Source of the DNA: Podarcis erhardii
Lineage: Eukaryota
Length of the DNA: 64,000 nucleotides
Reading direction: 5' to 3' (one strand)
Assembly: GCA_964252035.1 (NCBI GenBank)
Contig: OZ176200.1
In this document: one piece after another, positions 10,183 through 23,125 of the stretch
Layout of the letters: each line of letters begins with the position of its first letter
Position numbering within the stretch: position 1 is the first letter of the stretch
Translations under genes and position numbers: made by a program
Notes under the pieces: generated by a model
Told to the model about the DNA's origin: nothing
What the model saw: the letters and a program-made list of their open reading frames with translations, nothing else
Database searches by the model: none

Positions 10183-12120
10183 GAGTGAGAACCATGCTCA
10201 AGGCGACTTACAACACATTTAAAAATTACAGAACTAAAAACATAGCAAAGGGAGTAGTGAACAATAAACAAAACTTCCAAAACTACCCCCAAACAGCACC
10301 TCAGCCCAAGAGTCTGTTCAGCAGCAGCATCTTTTGTAGCTGGAGTCAGTCAGGGCTCCCCAGCCCAAGTGGGGAAAGGCCTGCAAGGCAGGGAGCGGGT
10401 CTTCCAAGACTCTCAGCCAAGACCGTCTCATGAACCAAGACAGGGTTGCATTAAGTTTCCTCTATCTGCTCCAACATCCAAAGCAGTGAAGGCGAGGGAG
10501 AAGTGGGGGAATGTTGCATTTTGAAGGGCAGGAGCGCATCAGGAACACTTGTAATTAAATAGAAAAGAGTATGATGGCAAATTGATGGACATGTGTTTGT
10601 CTCATGACCCAATAAAGACATAGATACACATGAAGCAAGGTTAGAGAGAGAAAGTGGGATGGGCACTTTACTACTGTAGGAACTTAAAAATCAAAACAAA
10701 ATTCTCAGTTTGCATTGAGAAAGTTTTGGTCCGTGCTTGACTCAATCAATAGATTAGCTCCTACTCTTCTGATAAAGGAGCATCTCAAGGAGAAAATAGA
10801 TGTATCCAGCAGTTGGAGTTAACTGCTTAAGAGAGAACCGGAGAGCACTCTGTGTCACCATTTTTTGTTTCAAGATCAGGATTTGCTCCCCAACCCTGCA
10901 AAATAACTTCAAAACAGATGGGGTCTTGGCTCCTGAGGAGTTTCTCAAATGGAAAATGTAATTAATGCATACCGTTCCAAATTCAAGTATTATTTTTTTT
11001 CTGTACCCAGTTAAGGAACAGTAAGTGGGATCAATGGCACTATTAGGAAGGAATAATGCTAGAGTTTAAAAAACAGAAATGTATTCATCCATTATATGAC
11101 ATAAATTAAAGCAAGCTGTCAAAATGCAAGCACAACAATGCATCTTTACAAAATCATTTTCCACACTACAGTTAAATCACAGGACCATTAGAGTAGAATT
11201 ACATAAGAGACCCAATTTTTTTTTAAAAAAATGCTGAATTGCTGGATGTATTTTTTGGGGGGAGTGCCTCAAGAATCTCAATCACTACCAGAGATTCACT
11301 ATAAACATATAAATGCACAATAACTACAAATAAATCATGATAATTTATATCACTGCGGATTCTGGGGAAGAAGCATCAGGGGTTATACTTGAGTCACACT
11401 TCATATTACTCAAACTATAATTATTTTCATTAAAAATCTAAAATTGCTTACAGCAAATTTAATTCCAAACACACAACCCTACATGTTTAGCAATGCACAC
11501 AACAGAGCCACAAGTGTGTTTGAAATAACTGAAGTCAAGTGCAAAATAACAACCAACCTTTGATTTATACTTTTTAATCATACATCACAAAATCAAAGCA
11601 CTTTTGTGCGCTTCTAATATCCCTTTTAAGCACAACATCCAACCGGCTCATTGAGTTGCCGCTCTGTTGATTAAAAGTCAATGTCGACTCGTGAAAATGC
11701 TGTCAGGTGCTTGTAAACACTGCCTCTTTAATGGCTCGAGCATGTCAAGAGGGCACACTTTGTTTTAGAAGGAGGAAGAAAGTGCTTCAGTCGTTCATGG
11801 GAAGGAGAGCACAGTCTGATAAAGAGACTGAAAGTGCTCTTGAGAGATTCTAATAATCTACAACCTCACCTTATCCTAATGCCTCCCCTCTTAGAATTTC
11901 AAATAATTTTGATGAACATTTAATTAAGGTTGAACTCTGTTTTGATGCATAAGGTACACACTGTAGTCATTAATTTCTGCTGAACACTGCTACCTTTTTT
12001 ATCAGGATCATTGAAATCAATAACATTTCCCCCTCAATAAACGGAAGGGAGCTTTAGACCAGAAAACAGCTGATATTCAAAAGTTGCTTTACATTATAAT
12101 CTGCTATCAAAAGTTAATTT

Positions 12121-12207
12121 AGAGTATGGTGCTGATAACACCAAGGTTGCGGGTTCAATCCTTGTATGTGATGGCTGCATATTCCTACATTCTACAATTC
12201 TATGATT
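12121..12207 (+). mobile_element. tRNA-Ile-like-headed SINE fragment with CR1-type tail
   Basis: GCTGATAAC anticodon-like loop, B box GGTTCAATCC, tail CTACAATTCTATGATT. Confidence 0.55.
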
Positions 12208-12209
12208 TA

Positions 12210-12454
12210 CAGGTGAACCTCGGGTTGCGAACATGATCCGTGCAGGAGGCACGTTCGCAACCCGCAGCGCTGCGTCTGCGCATGCACAGGTCGTGATTCA
12301 GTGCTTCTGCGAATCCACAAAGCACAATTTAGTGCTTCTGCACATGTGTGAGTGCCGAAACCTGGAAGTAACCTGTTCCAGTACTTCTGGGTTCGGCGCG
12401 GTGCACAAACCGAAAATGCGTAATCTGAAACGTCTGTAACCCGAGGTACCACTG
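12210..12454. mobile_element. Tc1/mariner (Tigger-like) MITE
   Basis: TA-CAGGTGAACCTCGGGTT ... AACCCGAGGTACCACTG-TA. Confidence 0.85.
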
Positions 12455-13021
12455 TATATCCCTTTTATCCCTTTCTACATGTTCAAAGGACCATGGTGTT
12501 TAAAGTGGTTATCCTCCAAAGTGATAACTTTTCAAGACAGCGGGAAATATATCCCAAAGTCGCTTTCTCCAAAATGAAAATAAAGGAGAATGGTGTTTGG
12601 GGGTTGTTGCCTGCAGGAAGTGAGGGGAGGCTAAGAATTAGGTGGGCCACTTCCTCTTATAGGCTAAGAATTCTGGTGGGTTTTTAGAGGGATGGGGGAA
12701 GTTTAGGTCTGTGGCTTTGAGATAATAATAAAGGGATTTTATAGTATTAATGGATGGGGGGGGGGCTTTTTAAAAACAAGATTGGTTGCAGGATGGCAAG
12801 GTTAGGGAGAGTTGAGTAGACACTGTGTTTCACCCACTGCTGGGTGAAACTGGCTTTACAGCTTGCCCTGTCACCTCCTTCTAACAGGGGAATGATATGT
12901 AATTGTTGTATTTAGATTTAGTTAGAACATAAAGATGGCTGGGCGATGGTGGGGAGGCCTTAAAGACAGGGTGAGGAAAGCAGGGATTTGACGAAAGTAA
13001 GAGAAATGGCATCACACCAGT

Positions 13022-13150
13022 GGGGATGGAGGAGAAATCCAATTCGGTTCACATTGAAAGGGGAACCTACCTAATTTGAACTTTGAAAAACAATTTATTG
13101 ACTGAGACACTCATTCTGTGAAATTCATGCTTCTCTGAATTTTGCAGATT
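13022..13150. repeat. Unclassified squamate interspersed repeat fragment
   Basis: ATGGAGGAGAAAT..ATTC block shared with ~17607. Confidence 0.4.
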
Positions 13151-13162
13151 GTCAACCGAGTA

Positions 13163-13302
13163 CCGTATTTACTTGCGTCTAATGTGCCACTGAATCTAAT
13201 GCGTACTTCAATTGTAAATGTACCATCAAAACTAACATGCGCCTTAATTTTCATAATGTAATTTGGCCAAAAAAGGTGAGCATTAGATTTGAGTAAATAC
13301 GG
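13163..13302. mobile_element. 140-bp pogo/Tigger-like MITE
   Basis: TIR CCGTATTTACTTGCGTCTAATG vs CCGTATTTACTCAAATCTAATG (18/22); TA TSD at 13161-13162 and 13303-13304. Confidence 0.85.
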
Positions 13303-16300
13303 TAATATGCACACAAAATAAAACACTAGGGTAAAGTATATATTCATGAAAATAGTAGTGGTGCTGTCTGCTCCTGCATTAACTTTAGCAACACATGCTT
13401 TTGCCAGAAGGATTACTCCCCCCCCCCCAACATTTGGGAATGGGGCTGGTGTGCAAATGCATGGAGTCTAGAATAAGGATGGAAGGCACCATTCCCAAAG
13501 GATGTCTCTTGAAGGTGGACTTCCCCCTCCCATGAAATAAAAGTCTATGGATCAGAAGGAACTTTATGGTCATTAAGGCATGCCACCTTATAATGGAGCC
13601 ACATATGTGATTTGATTACAACTGATCAGTGGTACAGAAGAAATTCCTTGGTTCTGTCACTGGCATCTCCAGGTAAGGCTCCAAATGTTCACCGTCCCAT
13701 ACCTTTGAAAGCAGAACACTCCAAAAATATTTTAACTAAGTATTCCCATTTTCCCCAGCCCAACCCCTTCTATATGTTTGGGGTGCAACTCCCAACAGCT
13801 CCAGCCCAATGGGAGTTGTAGTCCAACAACTTCTATAGGACAACATAATGGGTAAGGCTGCTGTACTCAATAAAGATTTCTTCCCAGTAATGTATTAGAT
13901 TATGAAAGGCCATTCTTTCATTTGCTGCTGAAGATTCCATGCCCTGCACAGAGCAGTAATATTCCACGTGAAGACAGCTGGTGGAAAGGCTACATTGAAA
14001 CCACTATGCACATTGTTATGAAGGGAACGATAGATATTGGCAGCATTGTTTGATCCACTCTCCAAGGGAAAATGAATGCCACATGTTCAACCCATCACAC
14101 ATAGCTCTGGATGGATGTTTATATAAACAAAAATGGGAAAGGAAGACCATGTTATGATCCTGTCCCTTTATCTCTAGAGCAGGTACGTAAGATGCAATAT
14201 CCCATCTTTTAAAAACATCAAGAACATCAATGTCATTCACTTGCAGAAACTTCAGTTTCAGATCATCTGGATGCAATAACACTATTGAACAGGTCTCCTG
14301 GAATACCAAACACAGGGAAATTCAACATAAGCATGATTTAGCTAACTATAGGAAGAGTACTGCTGGATCAGACCCAGGGTCTGTCTCAGTGGTGACCAGC
14401 CAGGGACTTCCAGGAAGCCTACAGGCATTAAGGCATTGGCTCTTCCTCATTAAGTATCTCCAATTTTCTGTCTCTCAATATGGCTGTTCCATGACCTTCA
14501 GTTGACATCCTCCATGCATTTGCTTGATTCATGGGTAGCTAGTGTGGTGCCCTGTAGATATTGTTAGATTACAGCTACTCCTATCCCTGGCCATTGGCTG
14601 TACTGGCTAGGACTGGGAGTTGTAGTCTAAAACATCTGGAGGGCAGGACCTTCAATTGGCCATCAATTTCACATCTGATTTCTTGACTCCTCTTGCACTG
14701 TGTTGAATTGCTAATTCATTTAATTCTAAAATATTGTTGCTTGTCATTTATAGCTCATCAGATGCCCTCAACAGATACAACAGTATGGCTGTGATAGCCA
14801 GCATGACCCCTGCAGGTGCACAAAGACCTTCTCTGGTGTCTGCAGGATCCTCAAGTATATTTTTTTGTAGTCAATAGAATAGACAGTTGTGTGTGCTTGG
14901 TTCTGGTGCATGTGCAGGGGTACCCACAACAGTTTCTTTCAGTTGCATTTGGACCCATGGGCCCAAAAAGGTTGGCAACATCAGGTCCACAGTGATGGCT
15001 GATACAATGAAGACATTTATCCTCTCCACTTCTCCCTGTTCTTCTTCAGGGCTTATTTCACACTCCCACTGTCAAAAGGTCTACCAACTCCCTGGCGAGC
15101 ATTCTTTTATTGCTTGTTTTTATGCATCTAGCATAAATTCTGCTACACACATTCTTTCGCTCTTGCCTTATCTTCAGTTTTCATTTGTTTGCCAGAATTC
15201 GTGCTCTTTTAAAATTGTCCTTTTATGGGCAAAAGTTCAACTTTCTAAAGGAAGTCTTCTTGCCTGTCTCCCTCCCAAACCCACCTTATCCATTCTTCGT
15301 CGACTCTGCTAGATCTTTGTGCTGCCATCCTATTTATTGACTTCTATATTTATAGGCCATATTTCCAAGGGCCACAAAGAGAGGCCTGGACCACCACATG
15401 TGGCCCCCAGGAATGAGTTTCCCCAGTTCTGGTTGTTTAGTGTTTTAAATTGGCCCCAGAAACAAACTGGTGACAAGCACTGCTGATACAAAATAGATGT
15501 TACATTCTCCAATTGCCTGGCCCCTGCAAACATCTTTAAAGGCCACCTTATGCAGCATGCATCACAGTAGATTAGTGAGGATATAACCAGGTTGTGTAAG
15601 TCAGTAGCAAGAGTCATTTTCTATAAATAGGGTCAAAGCTGTTAAATCAGTTTAAGCCAAGAGTAGCCCACAGAGTGCCTTAAGCTGTAAAAGGCACTCT
15701 TTAATTTGTAGTCTACATTTTAACTGGGCTTCTACTATAGCTGTTTTAATATAAGTCTGAAATGACTTGCAGTCACCCCATTCTGGAGTGTTACCCCATT
15801 CTGGAGTGATGGCAGCAACATTTGTGGCAGCCGCTTGTTTTTGTGGCTGTATGCTTATTTTTCTAGTTTATCTTTCCTAAGATTCTCCTAGCAGCTGCAA
15901 GTCACCCATTTCAAGAGAGTCAGGAAACTGCTCACCCACAGGCTGAAAACAGCCTCAAAAGCCTTTCTTAGGGGTGCAACAGACCATTAATTAATTTATC
16001 AGTGCCTGTGGTAGCACTCCAACCTACTCAGACTGGTATTATGAGTGCCTCAGAATGGGGTTATTGTGGGAGGCAAAAGCTATGACTGCAGAAAAAGAGC
16101 TCCCCTCTTGTTGACCCTCCTGAATTCTACCCTTCAACTACTTTCGAAATAATCCCTTCAGTTTTGAGAAATCCTCTCTTTCTAAATTAAAAGTGACTTT
16201 TTATGCAATTTCCCACTAACACATGTGCTGAATTTGATACTGCTGTTCCCAAGCAATTCTGCAACACTCATATCTCTAACCAGATCCTGGGCACTGTTAA

Positions 16301-16418
16301 GTATTAAATCAAGGGTCGCCTCTTCTCTTGTCAGCTCATGACTAAGTGTTCTAAGGCGCCATCATTTATTGTATCTAGAAATTTTGTCTCTTTGTCATGA
16401 TCTGAACGTACATTTTAA

Positions 16419-16736
16419 CCAATCAGTGTGAGGCTAATTGAAGTCACCCACTATCACAACATCCCCCGCCCCACTTTTGGCCGCCATCCTGATTTCTTTC
16501 TCCATCTCTAGATCACCACCAGTGTTTTGGCAAGAGTATGTCCCTCAGTGATTCTGTGACTTCAAGCACTCCTCCTAAGGTTTCAGATTTATTGTACTCA
16601 AAGCCTACTTTGACATACAGAGCAGCTCCGCTAGCAGTCATCTCCATTCTGTAGATTGCTTATGCGGGGACAACTATTTCCTACTGCTTATTGATATTGC
16701 TGTCACATTCGTGTTCTCAGCCTAAAATGGGTGAGT
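16419..16736 (+). promoter_or_regulatory. Promoter-like motif cluster followed by a candidate ATG-containing exon end
   Basis: CCAAT 16419-16423, GC box CCCCGCCCC 16464-16472, YY1-like CCGCCAT 16481-16487. Downstream TTCTCAG|CCTAAAATGG|GTGAGT with ATG at 16727-16729 in a strong Kozak context (A-3, G+4). Confidence 0.35.
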
Positions 16737-17605
16737 TAGAGTGCCTGACTAAGGATGCTTGCAGATGGGGGCTTGATAAATGCAGATGGGATGTCCAGAT
16801 GTTACAAATGGATCATTGACAAAAGAGGGTTAAACCCCTTCCCCCCGATTTTCCCCACAATGGGAAAAATCCAGACTAAATTGGCGGGTACGGGCTGGCA
16901 TTTTGGTGTCAATGACGTGATGTAGATGCTTCCAAAATTCAGTATGCATGAGAAACGCTGATTCTACATTGAAAACCCATTACCGCCCTTATGCAGTTTA
17001 ACTCGCAAGTCTTGGCCTTGAGGCTAATAGTGCCAGTATCCAATCACATTATATTTTTGCTCTCTTTCTATGCCAGCTTTGAGCATTCTGTTGTCTTTGC
17101 ATTGTCATTGTCTGCACAAGCTCATTGAAATCTTCTATCCTGGCCCCATTTTGTGGGCACAGATCATCCCCGAGGGAAGTGTTGTTATCATGCACCTCCA
17201 GCTAATGTCAGCATTCCCACCGTACATCATTTTAAGAGGTGTTTCTTAAATCTTAAAATGCCTGTCTTGTGCTGAACTCCCAGATTGCTTTTTTGAATGT
17301 GAGCAAATATTTTTTTAAAAAGAAAAAGTTTGAGGATTTTGGAAATGTGCCTATTAATGTGCTAGTTATGACTGGGAGGATGGAGGGATGGTTGTACTGC
17401 ACGGCGTGGGAAGATAACCTTTGGATCACAGTCTCCACCAGAACACAGGAACAACTCTCCTAGATTTGATCCGTGACATTCACAAAGGATCTAGTACAGT
17501 TCACCAGTGAAATTTGCAACTTTGGTGAACCATTTTGTAGAAATCTCATCATTTAGGAATACCAAACTTAGTGAGAGGGCAGAGAAGAGAGATTACTTAC
17601 TGCTC

Positions 17606-18035
17606 AGAATGGAGGAGAAATTCCATTCTGTATGGATTTAAGGATGAATCTATAGAATCTGCACTTTCCAAAATAATATGAGAAGCAAAACACAGCCACC
17701 CTTCAAAATTAACACTTACCTGAATTTTGCAATGCAGTTCCCAAACTAGTGTTGACAAAAATGTTTATATTAGGGGGGGGGGAATCGGCATAAAGATATT
17801 AGTGAAAATAGCATACAAAAATTAATTATGCTTGTGAAAATTGCTTGTATAAGTGTGAGCTTCAGTCAGTACTGAATGCAGTATTGTGTTTATTGAGAGA
17901 AATTCGCACTAAAATGCTGATAAATTTTCATGAGGATTTTTTAAGAAAAAGAAATTGCAAATTGCTGTTAAATGTGGAGAACCAAGTATATTATTGGAAA
18001 AATATGGGACATAAAGAACTACAACTGGCAGATCC
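17606..18035. repeat. Unclassified squamate interspersed repeat
   Basis: GCACTAAAATGCTGA identical at 17906-17920 and 53720-53734 with similar flanks; head shared with ~13025. Confidence 0.5.
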
Positions 18036-19032
18036 TTCATCCCTAGTTACTGAAACCTGTGTCCTTGGTCTTACCCATGGGCACAACACTTCAACTTAGA
18101 CCATAGCAGCAATGTTTTCCATGCTGCTGGGCCAGTTACAATTAAAGCAAGAGCATAGGTGAGAGTTTGCAAGAGCAGAAGTTGAAGCAGACACAATGTC
18201 ATGTCAAGATTTGAAGCAAGTGAAAATTCAGCAATCCCAACTGTACTGATAACTTCATTCCAATGTATGTGACTGGGAATTTCTGATAAAACAACGCCTA
18301 CTTGATAAAACGATATTGCAAGTCTCATGCCACTGAAATGAAACAAGGGCTGATTGTTATAACTGGTCTAATGCTATTCTTCTCATCTGCTTGCAGAGAT
18401 CTGAAAGCTGTTGGAGAGATATCATTGGAAGCTCTGGGATTTTCCTCTGAAGTCATTCTGAATTAACTGCTAATGGGGAGCCTTCTTTGATAGCTCTTTT
18501 ATAATTAAATGCAGCTGGATGAAAAATCAACCACAAAGGAACTCAAGTTTGTTTATCATTACTCCTGATTTTGTAAGCAGATGTTTTGTGAGTACCTTCG
18601 TAGCCTACTTAATTTGTCTCCATTTAATATGAAGCAGGTAAACTTTGATTAATAAACTGAGCAATGAATTCCTTAGTTCAGTTTCAAATCTCTCTATGGC
18701 TACAATCTTAGGATGCTGATGTGGATGCATTTTTAAAAAACTGGATTTCATGGAACATGCTTCTGCATATGCGAGTCTAGAACAGATTAAGAACTGTTGA
18801 ACTGCGCCACAATTTAAACCTTTATAAATGATCTGAGCCTGTGCAAGTATAATCGATAACTCCACTTGCCATCCCAGTCACTACTTCTGTGGGTTAATAG
18901 CCCCCTCCTATGGATTAGCTTTAACAGATGCAGGAGAAATAAACATATTTCTCCATGGCAGCTAAAGGAACGTCCCATTCTTAGTAAGCAGAAAGGCAAA
19001 ATTACACCACCGTGATTGTTTCTTAGGCCTGT

Positions 19033-19269
19033 AAGAAGAAGAGTTTGGATTTGACATCCCGCTTTATCACTACCTGAAGGAGTCTCACATTCTCCTTTCC
19101 CTTCCTCCCCCACAACAAACACTCTGTGAGGTGAGTGGGGCTGAGAGGCTTCAGAGAAGTGTGACTGGCCCAAGGTCACCCAGCAGCTGCATGTGGAGGA
19201 GCGGAGACGCAAACCCGGTTCCCCAGATTACGAAACTACCACTCTTAACCACTACACCACACTGGCTCC
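19033..19269 (-). mobile_element. Squam3-type CORE-SINE, second copy
   Basis: Highly similar to 9937-10182, with a 10-nt deletion (AAGAGGCTAA) near the 3' end. Confidence 0.85.
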
Positions 19270-20457
19270 AGTGTAATGGCTGAGAAGATGCTGAATAATA
19301 AGGGGGTGAATACATCCTACACCTCTTTGCCCCAGCCAGGGCTGGCCCTAGTGTTTGGCAGAGTGAGGCAACTGCCTCAGTCAGCAGATATTGAGGGGCA
19401 GAGTTGTGTGTCATGCAGCCTGCCCTGCGCCCCCTGTGCTAGCCTGATGCCCTCATTTGCAGTGGAAGGCTCCCTAGTCAGCTGTAGTCTATGGAATGGG
19501 GGAGGTGTCATCTGGCATTTTGCCTTGAGGAAAGTTGAATGTCTTGCACCAGTCCTGCCTTCACCTTAGAATGACTACTTGCCTGGCAGAGGTCTACACA
19601 ATGAGAAAGATGAGTAGTGCTCACACTGCATTGTTTTTCATGGTTAACGTCAAGATCCTCCCCAGTCATACAGACAGCAACCTTGTGCTTTCTCTGGGAT
19701 CCTGGGTAATAATTAAATAAATAGTTGCTACAGGGTAGCGCAGTCACTATTCAGAAACATTGATACCATCTTTGGTTGACCATCTTTCACTTTCCAAGCT
19801 ATAGGCTTCGCACTACAAATCTGTTAGGTGTATTAAGGAGAGGAGAGGAGGCGTGTGCAGAACTTCTGGCCAGTCACAACTGTTTCTGAGTCATTTCCTA
19901 CCTCTTACCCCGCAGACATGTCTCAATATTATGATTCATTTCCTTCTAGAAAATGGAGGAGGAGATGTGAATGGAACATGAGGTGGTGAGTTGTGCACCC
20001 ATTACATTTTTGTGACATGTCAGAGCAGTTAGCCACACCCACCTGGGCTCTTTCTGGAGGAAAGAGTTGGAGCGGTGGGTAATCACCACTGTTATCATTT
20101 CTGCAAATCAAATCAGATGGCTTCATTGCCTCAGAACATTCCCATGAAACCACCTTTAACCACAGGTTTGGGAAGATGAACTTCAGGAAAATGTCTCAGG
20201 CTTCCATGGTGAAAGACATCAATAACTAATAAGTTTCATCATCTGTATGTGTGCCGCATGTGTGACAATTTTATATGCATTTTATATTGCAATACTTTGT
20301 CATCGCCAAAGACTAAGGCTGCAATCCAACTGGATTGAGAGCTGGGTGCAGAAGGATTCCATTCAAGTCTAGTATAACCTTCCCCAACTCTGCCATGTTA
20401 CATCCATACCGAGTGTTACTGCTATGCTAGGAGTACTGCAGAAGAGCAAAGCCGCTA

Positions 20458-20698
20458 CAGTGGTACCTCAGGTTAAGTACTTAATTTGTTCCAGAGGTCC
20501 GTTCTTAACCTGAAACTGTTCTTAACTGAAGCACCACTTTCGCTAATGGGGCCTCCTGCTGCTGCCACGCTGCCAGAGCACAATTTCTGTTCTCATCCTG
20601 AAGCAAAGTTCTTAACCCGAGGTACTATTTCTGGGTTAGCGGAGTCTGTAACCTGAAGCGTATGTAACCTGAAGCGTATGTAACCCCAGGTACCACTG
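20458..20698 (-). mobile_element. Tc1/mariner (Tigger-like) MITE, CAGTGGTACCTC family
   Basis: TA TSD and CAGTGGTACCT TIRs; reverse complement of the copies at 28363 and 36597; internal 16-bp tandem units. Confidence 0.9.
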
Positions 20699-22989
20699 TA
20701 TTCTTTTTTGAGACCTTCTCAGTTCCCAAGTGGGGATTCCTTTGGGTTTATTGAGAATTCATCCTGCTTTACTTGCAAAGAGCTTATATGCAGGTTAGAC
20801 AATGCCTGCTGTTTATTGACATTCTGATTTGTTTGTAGGGAGGTTATACATCCATAAGCATTGAATGTACAAAAAATGACATTCTTGATGTCAGTCTGGA
20901 GCCAATTCCCATTAACCTCAGGGCCAGTGGTCAAGCCAGAGCAATCCTTGGCAGGAACCTGCTTGGGAAAACTTGTTCCAGAGGGTATTGGGAGCCTTGA
21001 TTGTGGGCTACAAATTGCTCTTCTTATTCATTCCTTTTCAGGCAGCCCATTTGTTGTTCCTTACTCTCTCCCTCCTGTAGCTGCTTTTTAAAATAATTGC
21101 TTTGATACATTTTTCTAAATGGGTTTAATGAGTCAGAAATTGAATTAACACGAAAAAAAAATCTTGCTTTTTCATACAAGTGTCTTGAAATTACACTTTT
21201 ATAATTTCAGATCCATGTCTGAGGATTTGCTACGAAAGATACATTCATTCTTATTAGTTTCCCCGTGCTTTGCATGATTTTTGAGGCTGATCGTGGCATT
21301 GTGACTGATATAGGAGATTGCAGAAAATTAATAAAAGATAAAAAAAGAAAACCTTTAACGATAGTTCAGTATAGCACAATACTCTATGGCTTATCTTCCT
21401 TTCAATGGTGATTTGTGGAGAAATAAAGCAAGGCTAATTATATTAACTGAGACTTTATATTTTGGAAACTGTAACACTCAAGATCGTTGTGGCCCACAAA
21501 GGAAAACGAGTTGACATTGAAATTTCTCCTAGAGTGAAGTTTGAAACATATCTGTGGGTTCTGTTTCAAATAAGGCAGCAGAGGAGTTTTGAGGAATGGT
21601 GAAAGACTTTTCAGAAGCTTAGCTGGAAATGGTGAGCAGGAGCACTTGCTGAAGTTCTGCTTTCTACAAAGGCCTTAAAGGGACAACTTTTAAAGTGTGT
21701 ATTGTGGACTCAGGGTGACCAGGAGTCCTGCTTGAAAATAGGCAGAGGGTACATATTTGCATGTGACACAAAGTAAATTTGATGCTAATTTGTGTCTTCT
21801 TGGACGGTCCAATCTGCATACAGTATTCCAGCTATAGGAAATCCTCTTGGAACCTCTGGACTCAATATTTCATGCTGCATTTTCTTTCTGAGATTGCCCA
21901 TGACTGATAATTATATTTTTTAAAAACCCAATAATGGCCTTTCATTGAAAGGACTTTTGTGTTACATTTCACCATGATAATCACAATGGGTCTGGGTAGG
22001 AGGTGGCTATTAATGTAAAAAATTAAAGAAATACATCCAGAATTAACACAGGGCTTTTTAGTTATAACCACCAGCTTGATCAATACCCTTTTGAAGAAAG
22101 AGAGGGAAAAACAAACTGCAAAAAATGACAACATCCAAGGCAGCACATTGCCTTCCAACCCGAGTAATTGGGTTTTGTAAAAAAATAATTCATCCACCCC
22201 CCTCTTAACAATAACAAATAAAAGTAAAAGAACAACAAAGAGGAAATCACCCCCAACTGGCCTCCACCTCCTTGTGAGGAATGCTGTGATATTGGAGGAA
22301 ACGGTCCTGCTGAGCTCTGATATGACACTCAAGAAGGTTCCCGAGAGCCAATCAGGTACTGCCTGCAGAGATGGTTTTTGTTTGCAACATTTTCACACAT
22401 ATTTATTCAAATAAAGCCTTTGTTTTACCAGCATGGCAAAACACTATGGCACTTTATACTGTGATTTGGAAATGACAGCACCTAGGGGAGTGCCGGAAAA
22501 GAACTGACGGCAACTGAGGCTGAACCCTAAAGCTCTGCTATTTGTGCTATTCATTTTGAAGTCACGCCTTAAATTTAAAGGTTTACATGGGGGCAGGAGG
22601 GGAACCCGCTCCAAATCAATGTTTGTCACTGCTCCATTTTTTTCTTCAGTGCAACTATTTCGGTCTAATTATTTCTGAGCAACTCCCTGTTATTTCTGAA
22701 TTTGGATGTTTAAAACCCCACTTCTCACTATATTTGCAGAACCTCCAGTAGATTAAGTGGTGGTACAGAATGCCTACAGTAAAACAAGGTGTTTTTAAAC
22801 ATGTATACTCAGAAGTAATCATCAGTAGTTATTAGAAATGGATTAGCCAACTTTGTGGAATACTGATCTGTTTTCAGACACTTACCATGACAATCTGTGA
22901 TTAGGACAATGCATTTCTAATACTTGGGGGAGAGGACAATTAGGCCATGGTTATTACATTATGACCTACACAGGCCCTTTTGATGACCA

Positions 22990-23125
22990 ATGAGACAGAA
23001 TTCTCCAGGTAGGGCTGGCAACAACCCAAATCTGAAACCCTGGAGAACTGTTGGCAGGCAGTGTAGACAATAGCTAGATGCACTAAGCTAGATGCACTAA
23101 GGGTCTGACTCTGTATAACCTAGCT
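22990..23125 (+). mobile_element. SINE 3' half with CR1-type end
   Basis: CTGAAACCCTGGAGA...GCTAGATG...GTCTGACTC block shared with 48340-48454 and 39545-39620; contains a tandem duplication of AGCTAGATGCACTA. Confidence 0.55.

Noticed and set aside
16721-16736. ATG-G first coding exon as in the PLP1/GPM6 family
   Set aside because: No matching exon 2 (G-[LC]-x-ECC) was seen in the window, so no gene symbol is assigned.
20640-20690. Repeated 16-bp units (GTAACCTGAAGCGTAT) resembling a CRISPR-like array
   Set aside because: These are head-to-tail units with no spacers, inside a eukaryotic MITE.
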